64,000 bases of DNA from Camelus dromedarius (taxonomy: Eukaryota). The translations under genes were made by a program, and so were the position numbers. The stretch lies in assembly GCF_036321535.1 (NCBI RefSeq), contig NC_087454.1, forward strand, positions 21,266,001 through 21,330,000. Reading direction: 5' to 3'. Below are positions 23,652-35,500 of the stretch, piece by piece. The notes under the pieces are model-generated. The model made no database searches. It was not told the DNA's origin and saw only the letters and a program-made list of their open reading frames with translations. The stretch's first letter is position 1. Every line of letters begins with the position of its first letter.

Positions 23652-26600
23652 TCAGCGCACAAATCTGTCCAGGGCAGATGGCCGGGCCCCCGTGGGCTTG
23701 GCTGCCTTCTCTTGCTTCTGCGGCTGCTCCTCAAGGCTCTGCCGGACTCTGTCCTGGGATGGGGAGAGAGGGATGCAGTGAGAAGTGGCGGGCTGGCTAA
23801 GCCAAAGGCACAAGCAAGAGGGCAGAGCCCGTGGGCACCTGGCCCACCCCCAAGTGCTCAGTTACCCTGTGTTCTTCATCCATGACCTTCCTCTTCCTCT
23901 TCACCAGACTTGCTGTCGAACTGCGGCCCTTCCGCTTTGGCTTTGGCTGGAATGGAGCCTTGGCCTCGGGATCATAGCCCTATGGGAAGGGGTAAGAGGG
24001 AAACCTGGAACAGCCTCAGAGGCAGGGGTGGTGGCACCTGCCTGCAGTGCTGCACTTCTGGGGACACAGTGGGGATAGGAGGTGGGGGTCAGGCGCCTGC
24101 TCCATACCAGCCTCTCGATCCGTTCCTTCTTTTTCTGCTCCAAAGAGATGACATCAACTTCTGCCAGGGCTCGTGGATCCAGACAAATGAGCTCTGCAGG
24201 TACCTGGATGTGTCACAGAGGGACAGGAAAGGGTAAGGAGCCACAAGAGGGTGACACCAAAGGATAGAAACCAAGGAGGCTGCTGAATCCCACTCTTCCC
24301 AAGACCCCAGGCCCCAAACTACACGCAGGCACCTCACCTTCTCCAGCAGCGCCTTCACCTCCCACTCCTGGCGCTGCTTCTGGCTCCTGTATGGGTTATT
24401 CTCCAGGCCATCAAAGTTGGGCTCAGCAGCCCCTGGAAGGAGGAAGGAGCATGGGGCCATAAACAGGGGCCCAGCCTGACCAATCCCCTTGATCCTGGCT
24501 GATCCAAGACCCATCCCAACTTCCCTCCAGTTCATTCACTATGAGCCCCATCCCTGCCTACTCACCAGGAATCAGCATGCTGGTGATGCCCCCACTGTGC
24601 CCCACCCCTAGCACATCTTCAAAGGGGCAGAACTGAAGGCTGTGCACGTGGCCTGAGAGCCGGTGAGTGAGGTAGGGCTGCTCCAGGAGGGGGGGGCTGG
24701 CCTTGCACTGCCCTGCCCACACGTTGACCACGTCACCCATTCCTGCAGCCAGCAGTCCCCGCTGGGAGAAGGCCAGGTGCCCTGCTCCCTGGGGCAGAGT
24801 CCTAGCACTCAGAGGCTGGAACGTCCCTCGCAAGTCAAAGATCTTTAGCTGGTGGTCCACACCAGAGGTGGCCATGTGCCTGGGGGGAAGAGGGGGTTAA
24901 TCTGTAGTATGAGCTTAACGGGCAGGCCTGTGACCAAGTCCAGGCATGAAGTCCAGCTGGGGAGAAAAAGACCAATAATGATAGTAATCACTACCATCAC
25001 ACCACCCTCCACAGGCCTCCTCTCAGTTAAGCGTCACTTGACCGTATTGTTTATTTCCCTTTTACAGTGAGGAAACAAACTCAGAAAAGGGAAATCAGGG
25101 TGAGCAGTAGAGCTAGAATTCAAGTTAGACTGGGTTCTTCAGTGTCTGTGCTCTCACCTACTCAAGACGCGTGAATTGAAGGGAAAAGGCATACGACAAT
25201 CTATCTAAGTGATGTTCCACTGTGCAGACAGCCCAGTGGCTCAGCAGAGGGAAGGACGGATTGAGGAGGTCAGGGAGGGCTTTGTGGGAAAACTGGGATT
25301 TGAGCCTTTCTAGGCAATTCTCAAGAAAGCACAAGAGAGATATACAGCAGGTATTGGAAGCAGGGATTTGTTTTCAGGATGGTGGGAAATAGGGACAGGA
25401 GGACCAGGAGTGTACAAATTGTAAGGGCTCTTGAAAGTCAGAGAGGGACCCAGAGTCCCCGACATTGGTCTCCAGCAATGACAAGTCACAAGGTGAAGTC
25501 ATGCAGACCGGAGAAAGCCTCCTTAGGAAGCAAGGCAGTAAGTAATGCACTAGAGGGCCCCACCCCGCCCCCTTTCCCTGGAAGGAGGAGGGGCAAGGTT
25601 GGTGACCAAACCCTCTCAAGGAATCGTGACCCACGTAAGTCATTTACTTTCAGAGACTGGAGTTTCTGTCGATGTTCAAGTTGCTCCTCAGAGAGGGAGG
25701 CTGAAGGGGGACCAGCCAGGCCAGGGGCTGTGTGTTTGCCAGACGCCAAGGACTCTCTTTAGCTGTGGCTGTGAACCCAGGAGGAGGGAACTAAAGGGTT
25801 CCTCTGAGCAGAGAGTTGGCCTTTGATGGGGCTGAATAGAGGCCCAGTTGGGAGAAACAGTAGGCCCGATCCAAACACGCGTACAAGTCAGACAGAACAG
25901 CTGTGGAAATGCACATACTCGCCCAGGAAGAGTGGAAATTCAAAGCAGACCTCCCAGCCCTACCCTTCTCGTCACCAGCCAGACCTCAAGAGAACGACCA
26001 TCCGATCATCTTTAATGATGATGGTCACAGAGCATGGCGCCACCCACTCACTAGGCACCACGGTAAGCTCTGGATGCCATGCCTGGCTTTAATGTTAACT
26101 ACAGCTTGGTGCTAAGCCCAGGGCTTGGCGAACTATGGCCCATGAGTCAAATAAGTCCAGCCCACACCTGTTTCTGTACAGCCCATAAGCTGAGAATGGT
26201 TTTTACATTTTTAAGTGGTTGGGGAAAAAAAGCAAGAGAAAACATTTTTAAGGCACGTGAACATTATTTGAAGTTCAAATTTCAGTGTTCACAGATGAAG
26301 TTTTATTGGCACACAGCCACTCTCATTTGGTTACTTATTCCGAGGCTGCTTTTGCGCTACAAGAGCACAGGAGAACGGTCAAGACGGTATCTCTTCACAC
26401 TGCTGCCCAGGGCACTATCATCTCAGTGACACGCCCACCACCTGTTAGCATTTTGAGCACCACCGAGCTCATTGTCTATCTATGTGGAAAAATGTTTACA
26501 AAGATGAAAAAAAAAAACACCTCTCCACAGATCGGCATTGATAGATACACATCTGCAATCAAGTTTGATGATTCAGAACACTAATTCTGAACCTCAATTA

Positions 26601-29414
26601 AGCAAATGTTATTCTCCAAAACAGAAATCCAGTTCTTCCCACTAGTTGACCTGTGTTACAGATACATTGTGGTTCAATTGTTTTTATACATAATTGCTTA
26701 AAAATTTGCAATACTTTTTCTCTCTTGTTACGTAAGTACCTATGTGAAACACTCGGTTATGCCTCTTTATCAAAAAAGCCTAAAATGCTTACTATCAGGC
26801 TCTTTACAGGAAAAATTTTCTGACCCTCGAGCTGGATACTCATACCCGCGCTCGCAGGGGAAGCAGCGTGTGTGCACGTACACTGACGTTACGTAACGGG
26901 CCACTGACATGGCTGGTCAGTGGTAACACCAGGATTTAAACCAGGCAGTTTGGCTGCAGAGTGTGTGCTCCTAAAGGCACATCACCTTCTAGTCCCTTTT
27001 GCCCAGCTGTGACACACCCCCCTCAACAGCACCTCATGCCCAAACAAGTGACTTACGTGCCTGTAGAATCTACTGCCACAGCCCGGACCCCACCCCGGTG
27101 ACAGAGAATCTTCGCCAGTGGCTCCTTCATGGCTGGGCTCCATAAAGACACAGTCCCTGGACATCAGAGAAGAGCTGAGGTTACTAATAGGGCACTGAGG
27201 TGATTAAACCTGGGAAAGATGGGGACTCAAAGCCAAGAGGTAACAAGAGAGGGAGGTAAAGGGGCAACTTTAAGCGACTCATGAAATACATGTTTAGAAG
27301 AGAAAAGCAGGATGGGTGGTCAGAATTGACCTCAGCCAAGGACCCACCGTTGCTGTGTCCAAGATGGATGACAGCATTGTAAGGGTTCTGAGTCATGACG
27401 TCGAGTCGTCCTGCCCGAGCATTCAGAGCGGCCACAATCTTTCCCACGGACACGTCCAAGTATGTGAGAAACCCTGTCTCTGACTATGAGAGAGAGAGAG
27501 AGAAAGAGACAGACTGCCTTCTGGTTTCCCTCTACTGGGGTCCCAGGGGAGGATCAGTCTTCTCAGGGTCTGCCACCCAGTCCCTGTGCTCCACAGCCAC
27601 TCACAGCTGTGGCCAAGAGGAAGTGGAAAGGCAGGAACTCAAGACGTGTGACTCGGTCACAGCGGCGGATGCAGTGGAGCTCAATGCCTTGGTTGTCGTA
27701 AATGTGAAGCCAGCGGTTCTGAGCAACAGCAAGCAGTGCTTCTGAATGCAGAAACCTGGGAGGAGAGAGGAGTGATTCAACATGAAAGGGAGTCACAGGC
27801 TATCATTCAATCAGGGATGGGCTATCTCACCCCACTGACCCCCAACAGAGGCCACTGACCGGATGTCCCGCACTGCCTCCATGACGTTGATCTCACACAT
27901 GAGCTTCTTTGTCACCCAGTCAAGGGCAGCCACGTGACCCCGGCGCCCTCCAAAAGCCAGGTGTCTGTTGGAGGTAGGGACAGGCAGGGTGTCAATGCAG
28001 GGGAGCAATGACCCCTGACTCAGAGGTCTGCCCCACGCCAGCTCCTCTTCTCCAGGTGAGAGATACTGCTCCACACACTCACCTTCGCATGGAAGCAGAT
28101 CACAGGACCCTCCCCACATCAACATCCAAACATACACTGGTATGGCTGAGATGGGCAGGGCTGAAGTGGTTAAGGAGACATGACCACATCCTAGTTCAAG
28201 TCATTGGAATTCAACCTTACCTCCCAGTTCGAGAGTAATTCAGCCTGTAGGGTCCAAACTGCCTCAAGTTCAAGTCAAAGTGCTGAAAAGGGAATAGTTT
28301 AAAAAAAAAAAAAAAGGCTCCCTTCAGTAATTTTCTCTTCCACTCCCCACCTCCATCTTGCTCTGCACCACCCATCAACCAATGAGCCCTTTTCCATCCT
28401 CAGGCTCACTTTGGCCGCACTTGCGATGTCCACGGCCTCCACGATGTCAGCCTGCCGTATCCTTGCCGTGTCCTCCCCATCCTCCCCTTCCAGAAACCTG
28501 CAAGCGAGCGTTACAGCTGCATTAAAGCTTCCTAACATGAAATGGGTGTACAAAAACAAAATGGAGAAATAAGAGCCCCATAAAGCAGGGGACGGAGAGA
28601 CCCACATTAGGGTCCACTTACCCAGGTTCCTCAGCAAGCAGCAGCTCAGAACGAGCAGCTCTCACACTTACTTCCTCTTCCTCAGCTTCAGCTGCCTCCA
28701 GTCGGCTTCGGGTTTTGGATTTAGAACGTGGCAGCTATCACACGTTAGGGCAGGAGCGAAGAACCAAGGGATATGAGGAGGGTCACAAGAGAGCCACCGG
28801 GCCCCGCCCCCATCCAATTCACTCAGACATTCCCTGCTTGCAACAAGTCCTCACCTTTTTGGATTTGTCAACGCGACGGAACTTCTGAACTACCTCCCCA
28901 GGGACGGGGGCGGGGCCTGCAAATGGGTCCTGTGCCTAGGGCAGAGGAGGCAATTAGCAGACCAACTAGAGTTGACCCCAACCCTCGTACCCTCAAGGCG
29001 GAAGGCGAGTTGTCTCGCTACCCTGTCAAGTTCCAGGCTCACCCCAGACAAGCTCCGCTGAGGCCCCCGTTCTCGGGGTTTCTTCGGGACCTGAGGCTTT
29101 TTGGAGATCCGAGACTTCTTTCGAATGTGAATGTTCTTTGGCTTCTGGGGGCGGAGCTCTCGATTCCTCTTCAGTTTACGAGGGGGCCCTGGAAAGGCTC
29201 CGGCAGCAGTTGGAGGGGTCTCTTCCTCCCAGTATCGCCGCGGTTTCTACGGGCAGATCAGGAGCCCTGATGTTCCGCGGCCCCTTGCCCCGCCCCTCCA
29301 ACCCCGCAGCTAAAAACTTCCCTTCCACCCCAAGGAGGCCTCTACCTTCTTCTTGGCCTGAAGTTTGTCCTTCTTAGGCGGGACATCCCTGCCCAGCTTG
29401 GGGGCTGTTTCCAT
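23652..29414 (-). CDS. WDR46: WD repeat protein 46 (Utp7 orthologue, SSU processome), 15 exons, 609 aa
   Basis: Exons 29346-29414, 29043-29246, 28855-28935, 28622-28734, 28410-28497, 28221-28282, 27860-27964, 27605-27755, 27348-27483, 27057-27156, 24566-24879, 24338-24432, 24108-24203, 23866-23979, 23652-23753. Sum is 1830 nt. METAPK...[14 protein letters not shown] on - at 23505-23510. Confidence 0.97.
25020..25160. mobile_element. MIR fragment in WDR46 intron 10
   Basis: TTTTACAGTGAGGAAACAAACTCAGAAAAG...AGTAGAGCTAGAATTCAAG. Confidence 0.65.
26115..26830. mobile_element. hAT-Charlie MITE (MER58-like) interrupted by a second hAT-like fragment
   Basis: CAGGGCTTGGCGAACTATGGCCC...GTTTTATTGGCACACAGCCAC..., ending at TTTACAGGAAAAATTTTCTGACCC. 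Confidence 0.65.
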
Positions 29415-30079
29415 CTAGCCCACCCGAAAGACGACGCACGTGCAAATTCTTCTCAGCTGTCCCACAGTTGGCTTAAAAACTCCCGGAAGTCCTCCGGTTG
29501 CCATCCAATCGGTGCAGCCCTAGGTCTGAAGCCTTCTAGGCGCCATCTTGAGTGAGGGCGCTCTCTCCACTGAGGGGCGGGGCTGACCCGCCCTCCGGTG
29601 AGTCAACTTATGCCTGAGTAAGAAAAGAGAGTCAGTCCGGAGCCAGGACCCAAGTAACCATGCAGTTTCTTATCCCAGCTTCGTTTCCTCATCTTGCCTA
29701 AAGCCTTCCAAGTTTAGCCTTTTTAGCAGAACGCCACTCATTTAGTATGTTAGAACTACAGTTCCCGGCATGTGCCGGAAGGCAGCTTCCGGCGCCGTCT
29801 TTTCCCAGCATTCGTTGTTTACTTCCGGGTTCACCAGTACTGAAGGGAGAACGTGAGTAGGCCAGGGGTTCCGTTGAGGGGTTTTGGGGGTCTCGGTTTG
29901 CCTGCCACCCGCTGGAGACGGGGTGGAGCTGATATCCCGGACGAAGAGAAACTGCGGTGCTCCGAGAGACTGCCTCTCAAGAGGGCTGTCATTTCCGCAG
30001 GCCAGAAAGAGAGCCCCGGTACCTTCCAGTGTGAGACCCAGTGCCCCTCTCCGATTCCCTGCAGGCTTTCGTCCCCGCC
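29415..30079. promoter_or_regulatory. WDR46/PFDN6 bidirectional CpG-island promoter
   Basis: Divergent ATGs 666 nt apart. ZNF143/SBS-type ACTACAGTTCCCGGCATG at 29755-29772. ETS sites (CCGGAAG, ACTTCCGG). CCAAT near 29504. YY1-like GCGCCATCTT near 29540. Confidence 0.85.
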
Positions 30080-31078
30080 ATGGCTGAGCTGATCCAGAAG
30101 AAGTTACAGGGAGAAGTGGAGAAATATCAACAGCTACAGAAAGGTAAGGGAGGAGGATCGGTGTGGCCTCGCCCCCATCCCCTCACTTACAACCCAAAGC
30201 CATGCCAAGATAATGTGTTCCGCCCCACCCCCCACCCCACCCCTGGGCCCCCGTGTGCGGCCCTTTCCCTCCTCAATACGCTTTACCCATCCACTGACCC
30301 GCCGTCCCCATCCTTGTCTGCTGCTTCAGCTACATTTTCTTGTGGGGGACTTTGGGGGTTGGGTGGCACATTTGATGTCTTGATTTATCAAGTCTTTCCT
30401 TCCACCCGCCAGACTTGAGTAAATCCATGTCAGGGAGGCAGAAGCTAGAGGCACAACTAACAGAAAATAATATCGTGAAAGAGGTGAGAGACTGGGGTTT
30501 GTGGGGCGAGGAAGGACTTTTACGGACAATGATTCTGATCATGTATGTCTCACCCCTCCGTCAGGAACTGGCCCTGCTGGATGGGTCCAACGTGGTCTTT
30601 AAACTTCTGGGTCCCGTGCTGGTCAAACAGGAACTTGGGGAGGCTCGGGCTACAGTGGGGAAAAGGCTAGACTACATCACAGCTGAAATGTGAGTCTTTG
30701 TCCCAGCACCCTGTGATGTTCCTGACACGTTGGAATAGAGGTGTTGAGGAACCACTGCAGAAACCACTGTAGAGTATCTCTCCAGAGTATCCCCGTTACT
30801 CAGTTCCTCTAACCCCTTCCCTTTAACCCCTCTTCTTCTCCCTCCCCTAAAGGTCAGGTTTTCCACCAGTCTCCTTCTTGCCTTAAGCATCCTCAATAGT
30901 AAGTCTCACCAATTTCTCATTTGCTTTTTGCCTCTCGTCTCTCCTCAGTAAGCGATATGAATCCCAGCTCCGGGACTTAGAGCGCCAGTCAGAACAACAG
31001 AGGGAGACCCTTGCTCAGCTGCAGCAGGAGTTCCAGCGGGCCCAGGCAGCAAAGGCAGGGGCTCCTGGGAAGGCCTGA
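30080..31078 (+). CDS. PFDN6: Prefoldin subunit 6, 129 aa
   Basis: Exons 30080-30143, 30413-30483, 30565-30689, 30949-31078. Sum is 390 nt. MAELIQKKLQGEVEKYQQLQKDLSK...AKAGAPGKA*. AATAAA at 31141-31146. Confidence 0.98.
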
Positions 31079-31267
31079 CCCCGTGGTGGGGGGAAGGGGA
31101 GGGGAGGGAATGAGGCAGCTCTAGGGTCTATACTGTAGCTAATAAAATGTGAAAATACCTGGCCATTTTCTGACCAGCCACCTCTGTCATAATTGTCTCC
31201 ACCCATTCCCTTGGTCCCTTCCGCCTTATATATTTACCATCTATGTTAACTCACTCAAGTCCAAATT

Positions 31268-31371
31268 CTTTTTCTTTCTTTTTTTCTTTTTTAATGGAGG
31301 TACTGAGGATTGAACCCAGGACATCTGCTGGCTAAGCATCCACTCTACCACTGAGCTATACCTACCACCCC
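31268..31371 (-). mobile_element. tRNA-derived SINE (Vic-1 type)
   Basis: Reverse complement of the head, B box and poly(A) tail (TTAATGGAGGTACTGAGGATTGAACCCAGG...CTACCACTGAGCTATAC). Confidence 0.88.
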
Positions 31372-32568
31372 TTCTCAGGTCCAGATTTTTGCACTGGTAT
31401 CTCTCTGTGGCAAAGTAATCTTTCTTGAGACTAAAGTCTGAAAAGTCTCAAACCTAATTCTTGCCTGTATATACAATCCTTAACTCCCCCTTGTCTTGGC
31501 TGGCATCCTCCTTTAGGAAACAAGAGAAGCACATTTACAATGCAACAATTTTGGGGAAAGTGAGTTTAATTGACTAACATACAGTTCTCTAACCTGTGAC
31601 CCTAGAATGAAACATGGTGACCCTCCTTGCTATGATATATCATCCTCAAAATAGTCTTAGCATCTTAGTTCTTTTTAATCTCTTTCTTCATAAAATTTGT
31701 TTAAATGTAGCTTAAACTGATTTAAAATCCCAACACACAACGCTCTGTGATATTGTAAGTCCTTGAGGTTTGTACACTGTCCACAAAATTGTTCTTGGAT
31801 TTCTGTCCAAAAATTGTTTCCTACAAATTCCAAGCCAAGGGTGTTCTTCGTACTGATCATTTTAATTGGGTAGCTAGTACTTGACATAGGTCTATGACAA
31901 CTTAGGAAAATTTAAGAGCAAATAAAGAGACCAGGGATAGAGGGGTTACTGGGGAGGAATAAACCATCCTGAGGAAACCGTTTCCACCAACTCCTTGCTT
32001 TCAGCTCTTCATGGATAAAAAACATTTGGCCCCTTTTGTTCCATGGTGTCTACCTTCAGCCAGCTCCCCACCCCGACTCCCAGCAGCTAGTTCATATGCA
32101 CTGCAAGGACAGGAGTAGAGTTCAGGTAGTGTTTTGGTTTATTAGTGTTGTCACAGTGACAGGAACCCCTAGAGTAGGAAAAGGAAATCCTACTAGAACC
32201 TTCTTACTGTTCCCTTTCCCTGGGGCTAAGAGCTTCTAGGCTTTTCTTCTCCCCCTACTTCTAGGCCCTTCCTTGACCCTTGGCATACTAAGATGTGGCC
32301 AGGAATCAGAAACCGATCCCTTTTTCCAGCACTAGCTGTGCTGAATTCATGGAAAGTGGGGAGCTATACACAGGTATCCAACTTGGTTACCAAGATTACC
32401 AATTCCCACAGGGCTGGATATCCACCGTCTGGTAAACCTGTGGCACTTCACTGCCCCAGGGTGGTTGGCCATCTCTGGATTTTTTTCCCAATGCGGCAAC
32501 TGCCACCACTCAGGATGGCATGTCTGGTATGGCCCCCATGAGTTCTGTGAGCCAACAGGGCTTCCTCC

Positions 32569-35500
32569 TCAGAACAGTGCCCGGGCAATCTTCCTCCCTG
32601 TGGCCTTGATCCGGGGAAAGGAACCCCCTCCTCCCTCGCTTGGGGGAGTTCCTGAGGCAGAGGGGCCACTGGTGAGGCCCAGTGTAGCAGTAGAGGGCCT
32701 TCGCCGCTGCCGCAGGAGGAAGTCGTGTGAAGCTCCATCCATAGCATAAAAGACGTTAGCCGAGGCGGGGATGGTCAGCTCTGTAGGTTCAGAAAGGGGG
32801 GATCATGCACATACACAGCTGTTCCCTGTACAGCCACCTGGATGTGGGTACACTCCCACTGGTGGGCCCTCCCCTCCTCCCCAGTCTGTCTTCCCTTACG
32901 GCCTCTGACCTCGCTCCCCTGGTAGCAGCTGCACTAGCTCATACTCCGAAGCCACCGCAGAATCACGATTATTTTTCTTCAGGACACGGCTGATGACACT
33001 TGGAGCCTTGTCCTGGCTTGTCACCTGACAGGACAAAAGACCAAAAGGGCAATAAATTGACTATGATGACCTCCGCTTTCCATCCTTTCAACCCCAGCCA
33101 CTGGACCCAATCAGAAAAGGTTACTCATGTCCAACACTTTAGAGTGAACAGGGAAGCCCAACGTGGTAGCTCCCTGTGCTCTACTGGCCAGCTGTTCCCT
33201 GTGGGGAAACTGCTGTTGGTTCAGAAAATCTAATATGACTACCAAAAGTTCAAAGTGCAGCAGCTAATGCAAAGTGACCTTCAAAATAAAACACGGCTGC
33301 TACAACCAAAGGTCAGGATTAAAACTAAAATCATCCTCCCATTTCAAAGGCTGTTCCCCAACCACTACAGTCCCACAGGGTACCATCCTTCACCCCACCT
33401 CCCAGCCCACAGCTCCTCACCAAGATGCTCTTGTAGACACTGCCGTCTTCCCCCAGCTCCATCTGTACTCGGATGATTCGGCAATCAGAGGACCCTGGCC
33501 CAGACCCCCCTCCCCCACATCCAGCCCCACTGGAGGCTGCTTCTGCACCCCCACTGAGCGGAGAGCCACAGGAGGCTGAGCGGCGGTGACCCCGAGAAGG
33601 TCTTGGGGAGGAAGCTGGGGGAGAGAGGTGGCTGGGGTCGGCAGGACTTTGCAGGGATGGAGTGCTTTCCAGGGCGGAGTCCAGAGATGAGACAGATGGC
33701 CACTTCATGTGCTGGGGACAAACAACATGAGGGAACTGGTGTGAAGGCAGGGAGGTCAAGGAAGAAACATCCATAAAGTCAGGGTCACTGTTGAGGTCAG
33801 CAGTCAGGAGCAGAGCTCACCTGGGCCAGCCGCGTCAGCAGTGGAGCAGGGGTTCCCGGCTCCTCATCTCCCCCTACACTGGGCCGGTCCCAGGAGACTA
33901 TGTGGGTGGGGCCCCCAACAGAACCCAGAACCCTGGAGTGGCAGATTGGGAGGGTCAGAAGAGGAAGAGCAAGTCCCCAAGAGACTGCCCTCCAACCCTG
34001 ACTCCCTCACTCTGTCCACTGCGAGATGACCAGTGTTGGCCGAAGCACCCGCGGGGCAGGAGGGTCACTGGTACCAGGTGGCTCCACCTCACAGGACACA
34101 CGATGGCTGGAAAGGGGGGCAATGGGCAGAGGTCAGAACGTGACACACTGATCCCCACACTCAGTCCAGGACCTGAAGTCCCCGCCTCACCCAGCCAGTC
34201 ACCTCTGGGCCTCTGTCAGTGGCCGGAGTCCCTGTAGCCACTGCTGGATGTCGGGGTCGGGTCGGAGGTCATAGCCACGACATTCATTCTGGAGCCGCTG
34301 CAGCTCAGAAAGGACAGCAAACTCCTAGGAAGGAACCCACAGACTGCAGGAGGCAAAACTCAGGGACTCCCAACTCTGCCCTCCCTCTTCCCTTCCTAGG
34401 ACATGGCCAGGGATGTCCAGCATCCAGCCCATGCACTCCCCTCACCTTCCTCCGCTTGTCAAAATTGATGTATCCATTCTGCAAGGAGAAAGGGGATGGG
34501 GTAAGCGTCCCAACCCTGCCATAGAGAGAATATCCCCTCTCCCAAACACCCACACATCCACATCCAATTCACACTTCACTCGGCCTCTCTGACTCCTCCG
34601 GCCCTCCCCCTGGCCCCATCCATCATGCCCTAAGCACGCTACCTTCCCCTTTAAACTACACATCACAGGTAGAAATTGTGTCCACTTCACAGATGAGAAC
34701 ATCAGAACTCAGAAAAGATAAGGAACTTGCCCAAGATCCCAGTATTTGTTTATTTAGCAAACTATCTACATATGCTCACACTTCAGACATGTTCTAAGCA
34801 CTCACCAAATGTTAATTCATTTAACTCTCATGGGATAGCAAGTTGATGTAGACACTGCCACTAGTTTCCCATTTACAGACCACTAAGGCACAAAGAAGTT
34901 AAATAAACTGGTCAAAGTAACAGTCTTGTCACTCAGTGCTTATGCCTTGCAGCCCCTTCTGGAAGGTGTGCCTGACCCTGAGGCCCGCTTGTTCCATCAT
35001 CGCAAACCGCGCATGAGCGCTTGTGTGCATGCGCGTGCACACGCGCACACACACACACCCCACTGACCTCCAGCTCATCCTTGGAGGCTGCGTCCAGCAT
35101 CACAAGGTCCTTCAAGAAGGTGCCAAGGTATGGGACTACACCCTGAGGTTAGAGGTGAGAGTCAGTCACCCCCACCACTGATCCGAGGGCTCCCCATCCC
35201 TCCGTACTTCCCTATCCCACTGCCTGAGAAAACAAGTTTAATTCTCCTCACCCAGAGTGCCTCCCCTTCGCATCCAGCAGACTGCTTCCACTCTCCCACA
35301 TCCCTTACTCCTTCACAGCCATCCTCCATTTGTCACTCACCCCACCCCGGAAGCCAGACCTCGGGCCCTTCTTGGAATTCGGCTCTAGAGAGGGTTGCAG
35401 CTTCACCTCCTGGTGGTGACAGAACATTAAGATATGGGGGTGGGAGGGAGGAGCAGGGAGGGCTGGCAATGCCAGGGAATAGGGCCTCACCTGCAGGAGT

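Noticed and set aside
27484-27545. Tailed-mirtron hairpin at the end of WDR46 intron 8 (recalled human MIR6873 position)
   Set aside because: The stem is short (about 13 bp) and mostly purine tract against an (AG)n/polypyrimidine tract, as expected by chance near an acceptor.
31675-31887. 70-aa minus-strand ORF in the AT-rich PFDN6-RGL2 intergenic region
   Set aside because: No recognisable homology, promoter or splice context. An ORF of this size can occur by chance in 64 kb. A BLAST search could revive it.
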